Source: Promethearchaeota archaeon (GTDB taxonomy: Archaea > Asgardarchaeota > Lokiarchaeia > Sigyniarchaeales > SOKP01). Taken from it: 64,000 bases of DNA. The notes under the pieces were generated by a model. It was not told where the DNA came from. It did no database searches and saw only the letters and a list, made by a program, of their open reading frames with translations. Of this stretch, positions 17,060 to 27,129 are shown piece after piece. Within the stretch, counting starts at the first letter, position 1. The number at the start of each line of letters is the position of its first letter. The position numbers and the translations under genes were made by a program. The stretch covers positions 64,001 through 128,000 of the forward strand of contig JBHLNF010000001.1 in NCBI GenBank assembly GCA_048937405.1, written 5' to 3'.

Positions 17060-19807
17060 TTAATGTAGGATTTCAAGCTGTTCTTCAAGGGCTTTTTTTC
17101 TTTCCTTTGACTGGTTTAGTTTTTCTTTCTCTTTTTGAACTATATCTGAACTAGCTTTTTGACTAAAGGGACCGCTCAATTTCTTTTCACTTTTTTGTAT
17201 TTGTTTCTCAACTACTTCAATTTGTTTTGATATACGTTCAATTTCAGATTTTAAATCAATAATTCCTTCTAATGGAAGATATATCACAATATCTTGAAGA
17301 ATAATTCGAGCAGAATGTTTAGGTATAGTGGTCTCATCAATTTTAAATTCATTTTGATCTATATGGGATAAAGTGATAATTTCTGAAGCAGTATTTTCAA
17401 TTAATCCCCGATATTCCTCCGTTTGTATAATTAATGGTATTTTCAAGCCAGGTTTTATATTAAACTCCTTTCTTACACGTCGAATTTCGTGAATTAATGA
17501 TTTAATTAAATCAAAATTTTCATCAAGCATATCATCTATTAAAGATTCATCAAACTCAGGCCATCTAGCTAAAATTAAAGCAGGTCCATCTTTTACTGTT
17601 TCAGGTAAGCTCTGCCATAAAGCCTCTGTTAGAAAAGGGATAATGGGATGGAGAAGGCGTAAAGATATTTCTAAAACATAAAGTAAAATTGATATAGGTG
17701 TGATCTTATCAGGTTCATTTTTATCATACATTCGAATTTTAGTAATTTCGATATACCAATCACAAAACTCATCCCAAAAAAAAGACTTTATAGATCGAGC
17801 AGCATTAATGTAATTATATTCTTCATAAGAATTATTAACTTCCTTGATCATTTTGTTTAATTTAGAAAGAATCCAGCGGTCTCCGATGTGAAGCTTTTCC
17901 TTTGCATATGAAGCTGAAAATCGTTCAATCTTTTCTGTTTTCTCCAGATTACCCAAAATATAATTTGTTGATTGCCAGATCTTATTGCAAAAGTTTTTTG
18001 AGGCTTTTAAAAGGCCCTCAACTAGATTTAAGTCTTTACCTGGGATTGTATTTGCAATAAATGTAAATCTTAATGAATCTGCTCCGTATTTTTCAATTAT
18101 TTTTAATGGATCATATTGGTCAATGTCTTCCATTGATTTACTAATTTTTGCACCCTGTTCATTACGAATAATCCCATGAAAATAACACAATCGATAAGGT
18201 GATTGTTTAGTTAATTCTAATCCTAGCATCATTTCTCGAGCAACCCAGAAGAAAAGAATATCATACGCAGTTTCACGTATATTGTTGGGATAATATCGTT
18301 TAAAATCTTCACTTTCCACGTCTGGCCAACCCAAGGTTGCAAATGGCCATAAACCGGAAGAGAACCAAGTATCTAACACATCTTCATCTTGTTTCAGATT
18401 TTTATCATTACAAGTAGAACATTGTATAGGTTCTTCCATTTCACAGTTTTCATGTCCATTTGAACAATACCATACTGGAATTCGATGGCCCCACCATAGT
18501 TGGCGACTGATACACCAATCTTCTATATTTTCCATCCATTGATAGAAACGTTTTTCTTCTCTTTCTGGTATCATCATTGTTATACCACTTCTTACAGCAT
18601 CAATTGCCTCCCTTGCGAGAGTTCTGGTTCTAACAAACCATTGAGTTGAAATTCGTGGTTCAATTATAGTATTACATCGTTGACAATGAGCAACTGCATG
18701 GGAATATGGTTCAATTTTCTCTAATAAACCTTCTTTTTTTAGATCTTTAACAATTTCATCTCTACACTCAAACCGATCCATATTTGCATATTTTCCTGAG
18801 AATTCTGGAACCATATTTCCAGATTCATCTATAACTGTGATTGCCTCTAAATCATGTTTAATTCCAATTTCATAGTCATTTGGATCATGAGCTGGGGTAA
18901 TTTTTAGAGCACCTGTTCCAAATTCGGGATCAACATATGAATCCTCAAAAATAGGGATTTTGCGGCTAAGTACAGGTAAAACTGCTGTTTTTCCCTCATA
19001 TTTTGAAAATTCTTGATGTTTTGGGGCAATGGCAACAGCTGTATCCCCCAATAATGTTTCGGGACGTGTCGTAGCTAAGATTATGAAGTCCGTCGCACCT
19101 TCCGCCCATTTACCAGATCCCCATTCTCCTTTTGATCCTTTCCATTTGTCTGTTATAATCGGATATTTTAAATACCATAAATGGCTTTCATGTTCTTCAG
19201 CTTCAGCTTCTAGATTTGATATTGCAGATTCACACCTTCCCGGACACCAATTTATCATATAGGTTCCTCTATATATTAATCCTTTTTTATAGAGACGGTT
19301 AAATGCTGTTAAAACTGCTTTATGATAGCGTTCATCTAAAGTAAACCTATTACGAGTCCAATCGCAAGAAGCACCCATACTTCTGGATTGATCTATTATT
19401 ATATTTTGACATTTATTTGTCCAGTCCCATACTTCCTTTAAGAACTTTTCTCGTCCAATTTCTTTCCTATAAATCTTTTTTTTAGCTAATTCTCTTTCAA
19501 CCACATTTTGGGTTGCTATTCCTGCGTGATCTGTTCCCGGGAGAAATAAAGTTTCCTTTTGTTTCATACGTTCATAACGAGTCATAAGATCTTCAAGAGT
19601 AAGGACTATCGCATGTCCTAAATGAAGAACACCAGTTACATTTGGAGGAGGAAGTGTAATACAAAAACGAGGACTATCTTCTTTCACTAAACCTAATTCA
19701 CATTGTTTTTCAGGGCGAAAATATCCTTGCGATTCCCACCATTCATATATAGCTTTCTCGATTTTCTTGGGTTCATGCACTCTTGATAAATTGTTAAAAT
19801 CTAACAT
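17060..19807 (-). CDS. valS: Valine--tRNA ligase (bacterial-type, with C-terminal coiled-coil arm)
   Basis: PPPNVTGVLHLGH, DHAGIATQ, ATTRPET, GTGALKITPAHD, DWCISRQLWWGH, DTWFSS, KISKS. Confidence 0.97.
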   Translation of the reverse strand: MLDFNNLSRVHEPKKIEKAIYEWWESQGYFRPEKQCELGLVKEDSPRFCITLPPPNVTGVLHLGHAIVLTLEDLMTRYERMKQKETLFLPGTDHAGIATQNVVERELAKKKIYRKEIGREKFLKEVWDWTNKCQNIIIDQSRSMGASCDWTRNRFTLDERYHKAVLTAFNRLYKKGLIYRGTYMINWCPGRCESAISNLEAEAEEHESHLWYLKYPIITDKWKGSKGEWGSGKWAEGATDFIILATTRPETLLGDTAVAIAPKHQEFSKYEGKTAVLPVLSRKIPIFEDSYVDPEFGTGALKITPAHDPNDYEIGIKHDLEAITVIDESGNMVPEFSGKYANMDRFECRDEIVKDLKKEGLLEKIEPYSHAVAHCQRCNTIIEPRISTQWFVRTRTLAREAIDAVRSGITMMIPEREEKRFYQWMENIEDWCISRQLWWGHRIPVWYCSNGHENCEMEEPIQCSTCNDKNLKQDEDVLDTWFSSGLWPFATLGWPDVESEDFKRYYPNNIRETAYDILFFWVAREMMLGLELTKQSPYRLCYFHGIIRNEQGAKISKSMEDIDQYDPLKIIEKYGADSLRFTFIANTIPGKDLNLVEGLLKASKNFCNKIWQSTNYILGNLEKTEKIERFSASYAKEKLHIGDRWILSKLNKMIKEVNNSYEEYNYINAARSIKSFFWDEFCDWYIEITKIRMYDKNEPDKITPISILLYVLEISLRLLHPIIPFLTEALWQSLPETVKDGPALILARWPEFDESLIDDMLDENFDLIKSLIHEIRRVRKEFNIKPGLKIPLIIQTEEYRGLIENTASEIITLSHIDQNEFKIDETTIPKHSARIILQDIVIYLPLEGIIDLKSEIERISKQIEVVEKQIQKSEKKLSGPFSQKASSDIVQKEKEKLNQSKERKKALEEQLEILH

Positions 19808-19898
19808 ATTAAATCAAATTTAATGTAATTTTTAATTTAAGATTAACGTTCTGAGTAAATATGAGATTAGTTAATAGATATTTTCTCTTAAACATAAG

Positions 19899-20001
19899 TG
19901 GACCCGGCGGGAATTGAACCCGCGACCTCTTGAATGCGAATCAAGCTTAAAATTAATTTGGGACCTACCAAACTAATGATCTTCCACTGATCTACGGGCC
20001 C
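19899..20001 (-). tRNA. tRNA-Ala(CGC) with 31-nt intron at position 25/26
   Basis: GGGCCCG/CGGGTCC acceptor stem with G3:U70, D arm GATC-AGTGGAA-GATC, anticodon arm CTTGA-TTCGCAT-TCAAG, T arm GCGGG-TTCAATT-CCCGC, discriminator A; intron 19947-19977 in a BHB motif; CCA not encoded. Confidence 0.92.
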
Positions 20002-20082
20002 AATTATACTTTTTTAAAATTATATTTTAAAAAATAGAATAACTAAAATCTTTTATGGTTTTTCTTACAGATTATAAAAGAA

Positions 20083-20919
20083 CTACATAAATTTCATTAA
20101 ATGATTTTTGGTCTCAGGAGAAAATAATAAATTTCCTTGTTTTTTATCTCTAAATCTTTTAATGGCTATATCCAAATATTCTTTATTCAAGTCAATTCCA
20201 ATAAATTTTCGATTTAAAATATTACATACAATTCCTGTAGTACCCGAACCTACAAAAGGATCTAATACCCAATCTGCCTCATTTGAACAAGAAGAAATTA
20301 TCCTATTTAATAGTTCCAATGGTTTTTGTGTTGGATGTTTACCAAATTCTTTCTCATCTTTAGACATTAAAGGAATTGACCAAACACTTCTCATTTGCTT
20401 ATCTTTATTCTTTAATTTATCTTTAGGGTTATTCCAAAGCTTCATTTTCTCATAATTAAATGTATGGCGTGAGTTTTTGGATTTGCGAGCCCATAACACC
20501 ATTTCATGACTATGTGTAAAATATTTACATGATAAGTTAGGTGGAGCATTTGGTTTATACATCACTATATCATTTATTATGTCATAATTATTTTTTTCTA
20601 ATAAATATCCTACTTTATATATATTATGTAAAGTACCGGAAACCCAAATACTCCCATTTTCCTTTAACACTCTTTTACACGCTTTTAGCCACAAATCTAT
20701 AAAATTTACATCCTTTACAAAACCTTTGGATTTGTCCCATTCTCCTTTATTAACAGATACCATTTTTCCTGATGAACATGTAATGCCATCATTTGATAAA
20801 AAATAGGGAGGATCAACGTAAATTAAATCAAATCTATCACTTTCAAATTGATTGAGTATCTCTAAAGCATCTCCATAATACAATATAAAATCTTTCTCTT
20901 CAAAATAGGGTTTTGTCAT
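20083..20919 (-). CDS. Beta-class N6-adenine DNA methyltransferase, DpnA/M2.DpnII-like, orphan
   Basis: DPPYFLSNDGITCSSGKMVSVNKGEWD, HPTQKP, VLDPFVGSGTT (motif IV precedes motif I). Confidence 0.88.
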   Translation of the reverse strand: MTKPYFEEKDFILYYGDALEILNQFESDRFDLIYVDPPYFLSNDGITCSSGKMVSVNKGEWDKSKGFVKDVNFIDLWLKACKRVLKENGSIWVSGTLHNIYKVGYLLEKNNYDIINDIVMYKPNAPPNLSCKYFTHSHEMVLWARKSKNSRHTFNYEKMKLWNNPKDKLKNKDKQMRSVWSIPLMSKDEKEFGKHPTQKPLELLNRIISSCSNEADWVLDPFVGSGTTGIVCNILNRKFIGIDLNKEYLDIAIKRFRDKKQGNLLFSPETKNHLMKFM

Positions 20920-21080
20920 ATTAAGATAAATAAAATTTAGAAATTATCTAATGTTCAATCAAACTGGTTAAGAAAATATAATATATTTTATTTATTAACT
21001 TTAAAGTTTAATATTAACAAAGAATTAATATTCATGTAAGGTAATCATAACTTTATCTAAATTGCTTAAGAGAGACAAAC

Positions 21081-22022
21081 ATGATAAACAAACAAAGGTT
21101 TGAAGAATTATTTAATCAGCGTTTAATTAAAGATATTTATGAAGAACAAATTGATATCGTTCTTTCAGGTCAATATGGTAAAGCTTTAGAATTATTAAGA
21201 GATGCGGAATCTACAGGTTTATTTCCTGCATTAGTTGGACCTCCTGGTGTTGGAAAAACTATATTATGTCGTTATTTTGCTAGTCTAAGAGCGAAAGAAA
21301 ACAAAAACCGGAGTTTTCAATGGCTAACTATGGACGAGAGCATTAAGCCATCTCATTTTATCGGCTCCTTTGATCCCGCAATTACGTTAAAGAAAGGATT
21401 TGTATTAGAAGCTTTTAATCCTGGGCCTTTATTAAATGCTATGCTAGAAGGAGGTACTTTTTTAGCTAATGAAATAAATAGGGCTACAGAGTATTCTCAA
21501 AATACCTTGCTTGAACCTTTAGAGGAAGCTTCCATAGGGATTCCCCATTTAGGACGAATAAAAGCAGATAAGGATTTTTTCTTTATATGTGCAATGAATC
21601 CCGAAGAATTATCTGGAACACATCGGTTATCTGAAGCTTTGAAAGATAGAATAAAAGTTTGGATTAAATTAACCTATCCAGATAAATCGACTGAATTAGA
21701 TATTATAAGAATTAATTTACCAGAACACTTTGTTATTGAAGAATCTGAATTAGAATTAATATATTCCATCATTAAAGAAACTAGACAAAATAAAGTTGAT
21801 ATTGAGATTCCTGCTTCTATAAGAGCTGGAATAGCTATTGCCAAATTATTAGCAAGAAAAAGATTATTAGAAAAAGAAGGAAAAGTGAAAGAAAAAGAAT
21901 CTGCATATATTTATCTCTCAGATATTGCTCGTAATGTTTTATTGGGAAGTTTAAAACCTAAACCAGGTGTAAAAGTTGAAGATGTTATAGAAAATATTAT
22001 TCTTAAAACTTTAGGGGGATAA
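21081..22022 (+). CDS. MoxR-family AAA+ ATPase (CoxD/YehL-like)
   Basis: Walker A GPPGVGKT, GPLLNAM, Walker B variant FLANEINRA, AMNP, LSEALKDR, lid PASIRA. Confidence 0.9.
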   Translation: MINKQRFEELFNQRLIKDIYEEQIDIVLSGQYGKALELLRDAESTGLFPALVGPPGVGKTILCRYFASLRAKENKNRSFQWLTMDESIKPSHFIGSFDPAITLKKGFVLEAFNPGPLLNAMLEGGTFLANEINRATEYSQNTLLEPLEEASIGIPHLGRIKADKDFFFICAMNPEELSGTHRLSEALKDRIKVWIKLTYPDKSTELDIIRINLPEHFVIEESELELIYSIIKETRQNKVDIEIPASIRAGIAIAKLLARKRLLEKEGKVKEKESAYIYLSDIARNVLLGSLKPKPGVKVEDVIENIILKTLGG

Positions 22023-22025
22023 TTA

Positions 22026-24515
22026 TTGGGAGTATTTCCTGAAAATCCATGTGAGTTTGCAGTAGAGTTTATAAGAAGGATGAGAAATCATCCAGATATT
22101 ATCCAAATGCCTTCTTCAAGACAAGTGTTATCAATACCAAATTTAATTATATCAAGATATTATCGTAAAGGATCTATTACACCAAGTGATTTTATTGAAA
22201 TTAGTACTGTCACTTCATTTCCAGATAACCAAAGTTTAGCAAAAGATATAGCTTTTGACATTCTCTTTCCAAATTATAAAAAAGATCTAATGAAATCATT
22301 CTTTATTGAAAATGAAATTGAAAATATAGAAGAGGAAGTCGTGGATTCTGGGATCAAATCAGAATTAGATCAACTGCAAGACTTAATAGATGAAATTGAA
22401 TCTTCAAAATCTTTTGATACAAATATGATTCAGCAATTAGAAGAATTCATGAAAGAATTAAATCAAAAGAGAAATGAGGAACCTTATAAATCAGCACTCA
22501 ATTTTTTCGATGATAATTCTGAGTTATATAAAGAAGAGATAACTTCATTTGAAAAATTACTTGAAGAAGCAAAAAATAGAATGATTCAAAAGATCAATTC
22601 CTTAGATCCAAAGGATCTTAAAGCGGGTAATAATTTAGGTTTAGATGACTTAATCCAAGAACTATCTTTACGAGAATGGGAAAAAATTACAAGTAAAGCG
22701 TTAAATAATCAAAATATTCAGGATGATTTGAAAAATCTGTTAAAATCTGGAAATTTAGAAGATTTACTTCAATCAATGAAATTTTTACAAGAAACTGGGG
22801 GAATTTCGAAAGGAGAATTAGAAAATCTAAAAAGTGAGCTTAAAGACAAAATTAACAATTTAGATCAATTATTTCAATCCGCCAAACACTTAGGAGAAAC
22901 TCCAAATTTTAACCTAGATGAAATATTAAAAAATAGTATAGATCAGGCATCATTTGAACATAATTTTAGTCTTGCAAATTCACTTGATCAGTTTTTTGGC
23001 ACTAATCTCAGGTCATCATTATTAGATAAATATGCTCAACAGAGTAGCAATGCAAAAATGAAATTATCGCTTGATAGTCTAACAAAAGCTTCATTTGCAA
23101 ATAAATCTTGGAATTCACTATTTAATCAAGCACTTCAAAGCGCAATAAAAGAAGCAATGTCCCAAAACAGAAAATTTGAGGCATTTAAATCTCTTACCAA
23201 TCAAATGAAGCAACTTATGAATAGTAGTTCAAATATACACTGTAGTCAAAAAATAGCTCAAAAACTTCCAGATCTTACTTCTCAGACTTTAAAATCCTGT
23301 GAAACACCATACCAATTAAGAAACGCAACCGAATTCTTAAGAAAAATAGAAATGAACCCAGATTCCGAATTAATAAAAGAAATTGGAAAATTATTAGAAA
23401 TGCCCGAAGATGATATCTTTGAATTAATTGAACCAACTTACCAATTGCTTAAAAAGTTAATTGAGAATAAGAAAGCAGACTATCAAAGACTAAGCAATTT
23501 AATAAATCAAATTCAAGATCAAATAAATTCTAATAGAATTAAAGAATTAACCGCTATAGCTCTAGCATCTAATAATAGAGATGCGTTAGGAGCTCTTGGA
23601 AACCTCAATTTAAGCGAAGCTCTGAAAAGTGCTCAGGAAATTGGGGGTCAAGAAGGGGAAAATAAGATGATTTCCTGTTTATCTGCAGGTAGTGGAGAAA
23701 ATCTACTTAAGCAATGGTTTATTCATCGAAATTCTCTAGCAGAATCAACTAAGCAAAAAGTTAAAGAATTAGCAAAAAAAATGTTAATTGAATTAGGTAT
23801 CTATTATTCACGAGCACATTTAGGCAGTTCTACAACAGGTCCAATCCCAATTAATATAGTAAGACCGTACTCAATAGGAGACGATTTTGATAATATTGAT
23901 CTTGAGGAAACAGTAAATAATATATTAGAAAAGGGGAAAAAATTAGATCATATTAATTATGATGATTTTTTTGTTTTTGAAACAGCAAAGGGACTTCGGA
24001 CTGCTTGTTTTGAACTTGATATCTCTGGTAGTATGACTGGAGAAAAGCTTACATATATGAGTATCTCAGCTACAATGCTAATATATTCTTTAAGAAAAGA
24101 TGAACTTGGTATCACATTCTTTGAATCAGATACGCATATCCTGAAAAATGTAGATCAAGAAATTGATTTAGAAAAGATTGCAGATGAACTTCTTTCCGTT
24201 ACTGCACGGGGAGGTACAAGGCTACAAAGTGCTCTTGAATGGGCAAATAAACAATTTAAAGAACATTCAACCTCACGTGAAAAATTAAATGTCTTATTTA
24301 CTGATGCTGAAGTCTTTGATATTAAAGAAGCTTTAATAGAATTCCGGAAAATGCGTTCATTAGGCGTAGATTTCATTTTGGTGTGTCCTGAAACTTCGTA
24401 TAATTTAAATGAGGCTAGGAAAATGGTAAAAGTCGCTGGAGGTCAATTGCTTTCTATAAAGAATTGGGAGAACTTTCCCAAATTATTTTCCGATATTATT
24501 AACTCAAGGTTTTAA
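22026..24515 (+). CDS. vWA-domain MoxR partner with N-terminal AAA-lid-like domain
   Basis: C-terminal MIDAS DISGS...GGT...FTDA, preceded by a CoxE-like IDLEETV segment; long helical middle. Confidence 0.88.
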   Translation: MGVFPENPCEFAVEFIRRMRNHPDIIQMPSSRQVLSIPNLIISRYYRKGSITPSDFIEISTVTSFPDNQSLAKDIAFDILFPNYKKDLMKSFFIENEIENIEEEVVDSGIKSELDQLQDLIDEIESSKSFDTNMIQQLEEFMKELNQKRNEEPYKSALNFFDDNSELYKEEITSFEKLLEEAKNRMIQKINSLDPKDLKAGNNLGLDDLIQELSLREWEKITSKALNNQNIQDDLKNLLKSGNLEDLLQSMKFLQETGGISKGELENLKSELKDKINNLDQLFQSAKHLGETPNFNLDEILKNSIDQASFEHNFSLANSLDQFFGTNLRSSLLDKYAQQSSNAKMKLSLDSLTKASFANKSWNSLFNQALQSAIKEAMSQNRKFEAFKSLTNQMKQLMNSSSNIHCSQKIAQKLPDLTSQTLKSCETPYQLRNATEFLRKIEMNPDSELIKEIGKLLEMPEDDIFELIEPTYQLLKKLIENKKADYQRLSNLINQIQDQINSNRIKELTAIALASNNRDALGALGNLNLSEALKSAQEIGGQEGENKMISCLSAGSGENLLKQWFIHRNSLAESTKQKVKELAKKMLIELGIYYSRAHLGSSTTGPIPINIVRPYSIGDDFDNIDLEETVNNILEKGKKLDHINYDDFFVFETAKGLRTACFELDISGSMTGEKLTYMSISATMLIYSLRKDELGITFFESDTHILKNVDQEIDLEKIADELLSVTARGGTRLQSALEWANKQFKEHSTSREKLNVLFTDAEVFDIKEALIEFRKMRSLGVDFILVCPETSYNLNEARKMVKVAGGQLLSIKNWENFPKLFSDIINSRF

Positions 24516-24614
24516 AAAACCATTATTTTATAAAAAGTATAAAAGATAAAACTAAAACGGAAAAAGCTATAAAATACATATGGAAATAACAAAAAAAAAA
24601 CCGATTCCAAAATA

Positions 24615-26963
24615 ATGGTAAAGAAATCAATATCAAGTCTAATAATTGATAAATTTGGCTTGAATATATATCAAAAATCACTTAATTATCTATCTAATAA
24701 AATCAATATTATTGAGATCAGAGAAGATCCAATAAAAATAAGAAGTATTGTTTTAGATAATGAACGTGAATTTCATCTTATAATAGACCAGGAAAATAAT
24801 GAAATTTTTCATGACTGTCCATCATTTCTAATCCATCCTGAAAGAGAAAAGAAAATCTGCATTCATTTAATTAAATTATTATTGGTAATTAAAGAGAATA
24901 TAGCAGAGATTATCTTAGAAAATTTGGAATCTTTCAATTTAACTTCTGAAGATATAGGTTCACACAAAAAAAGAAAGAATTTTCTTTTATTAGCTAATAG
25001 ATGTTTTGATAATGAAAATTGTGTTGAAGCACTTAGCTATTTGAACAAGGCTATTATCAATCAGTTTGAGAGTCAAGATATTATTAAAATCTATTTAGAT
25101 ACAGCAATTAATAACGATCTTTTCTTCGAGTTCTTTGAATTTTTAAAAAATGGGTATGATAGTGACTTAGGGGATTACTTATTAAAATTTGATTCTAATA
25201 TAGAAAGAGGGATTTTAGAATTTTTAGATGCCATCTCTGAATACTTTTTCTTTGACATCCTTAAAATCATTGAATCTATAGATAAAATATTTGAGTTTAA
25301 AAATTTTTCATTTCTGGCATCAAAGTTTGATAAATTGAATAAACTGGTGAATTCTTCAAATTTAAATGAAAAATATTTTTCAATCTATTTAATAAAACGA
25401 TATTACAATAAATTTATTAACTTAAATAATAAATTTGTCGACATTTTTTCTCAAGATCAACTAGAATCTTTAAAAAAAACACTTTTAAATTACTTCTTCT
25501 CTGAAATTGATAATTTCTGTGTGATTGATAAACTAAAATTATTGAAAAAACAATTTCAGATAATAAACATTCCTAAAATATCATATATTAATGAATATAA
25601 AAGATATAAAAATGAAATACAAGAATTAGAGAAAAAAGTCTATCTTAAAAAATTTGCATTTTTAAAAATGATGATTGAGAAATATAAAATAAAAAAAACA
25701 AAAGGAGAGTTCTTAAAAAAAAGAAACACTTATATTGTTAAACATAACAATGAAAATTTGAAAAATCCTGTCTATAATTACATTATTTCTCGTATTGGTT
25801 TCTTTGGTCAAAATGAACAAATGATAAAATCTTCAGAAATTGGAATAAATTACTTTATTATGAAAGAGCTTTTTTTTGATGATATAAGTATTTATCAAGA
25901 TGTATATTATTATAGACAACAACTCTGGGGGGAAAAAGACGATTATGAAATAAGACTACTTGATGGTTTATCTTTATCCAGTGAAATTATTGAATCTAGT
26001 TATGATATTGATCATAAATATTCAGATGACTTAATGATTATTGAGTGGGATTTAGCTCAAAAACCATTTCAAGGGAGTATAGTTAATGCTTATGGATCTC
26101 AAATAATAATTCCTGATTATAATAATCCTTTATTCCATGATTTAAAACCGTTTGATTTATGTTTTTGTAAAAAAACTCCAATCAAAATCGAAAGTAAAAT
26201 AATTAAAACAGTTAATGTAATAAAAAAATGTTCGTTTAAAGATGCTATTAGAAGTGTTTCTAAGGGGATGGAATTTATAGAAGGGTACTATCCCTTGTCT
26301 CTAGCAAGAGCAGTTTTAAATAAAGAAATTGATCCATTTCATGCTCATGAAATCGTGTTTAATAATCCAAATAAAATGTTTGTCCCTAATTATAACGCTT
26401 TTATAAAAGCGTTTAATGAATTTTTATTGAATTATATTTTAAAAGAAAAAGAGAATATATTTGAAGAATTGAAAACTGATGTTATCCCTTATACTGATCA
26501 AATTCTTACTTTATTAAATTTAAATAATGAATTAGCTGGTTTGGATTTACCCTACACTGAAATTCTAAAAGAAAATATTCTTCCAGATATTACTTTAAAA
26601 GAATTTAAATCAAGATTTTTGAATGAAATCCATTTAATTGTAAAAAACAAATTAAATAAACGTGAAATAGGAAGTACATATATATTTGATTTAAAAAAAA
26701 TACAACATACTCCATTTTTTAAATATTCTAATGAAATTCTTAATATTAGAAAAGAAGAATTTGAAAGCTCTGAAGTAATTAGGTATTATGATAAAAATGA
26801 AGTTTTTTATGATATGATTGAAATAAGTAAAACATATTATGGCAAAAAATTCTTGGAGATACTTCAGGAAGGGAAGGAATTAATTCTAAAACCTAAAAAA
26901 TTTAAAAAATTTCAGGAATTTAGCTCAAAATTAAATTTAAAATTAAAAATTTTTACAGAGTGA
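24615..26963 (+). CDS. SWIM-type zinc-finger protein, large helical
   Basis: FHDCPSF...KICIHLIKLLL (SWIM CxC..CxH with the first Cys replaced by His); co-oriented after MoxR-vWA. Confidence 0.65.
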   Translation: MVKKSISSLIIDKFGLNIYQKSLNYLSNKINIIEIREDPIKIRSIVLDNEREFHLIIDQENNEIFHDCPSFLIHPEREKKICIHLIKLLLVIKENIAEIILENLESFNLTSEDIGSHKKRKNFLLLANRCFDNENCVEALSYLNKAIINQFESQDIIKIYLDTAINNDLFFEFFEFLKNGYDSDLGDYLLKFDSNIERGILEFLDAISEYFFFDILKIIESIDKIFEFKNFSFLASKFDKLNKLVNSSNLNEKYFSIYLIKRYYNKFINLNNKFVDIFSQDQLESLKKTLLNYFFSEIDNFCVIDKLKLLKKQFQIINIPKISYINEYKRYKNEIQELEKKVYLKKFAFLKMMIEKYKIKKTKGEFLKKRNTYIVKHNNENLKNPVYNYIISRIGFFGQNEQMIKSSEIGINYFIMKELFFDDISIYQDVYYYRQQLWGEKDDYEIRLLDGLSLSSEIIESSYDIDHKYSDDLMIIEWDLAQKPFQGSIVNAYGSQIIIPDYNNPLFHDLKPFDLCFCKKTPIKIESKIIKTVNVIKKCSFKDAIRSVSKGMEFIEGYYPLSLARAVLNKEIDPFHAHEIVFNNPNKMFVPNYNAFIKAFNEFLLNYILKEKENIFEELKTDVIPYTDQILTLLNLNNELAGLDLPYTEILKENILPDITLKEFKSRFLNEIHLIVKNKLNKREIGSTYIFDLKKIQHTPFFKYSNEILNIRKEEFESSEVIRYYDKNEVFYDMIEISKTYYGKKFLEILQEGKELILKPKKFKKFQEFSSKLNLKLKIFTE

Positions 26964-27129
26964 TGCTTAATAAAGAGTAGAGGATTTTTAATAAGAATTT
27001 TCTAAGAATAAGGGATATTAATTATTAAAAAAGAATATATGAAAAAACCTCAACCTCTTTATTTTTCTTTAAGTCCTACTTTTTTCTGGAATTTTAATAT
27101 CTAATTTATTCTTATAACACTTATAAGAA

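Noticed and set aside
19899-20919. Integrated element at tRNA-Ala carrying the methyltransferase
   Set aside because: No integrase and no duplicated tRNA end (att site) seen; the tRNA 3' side abuts the housekeeping gene valS.
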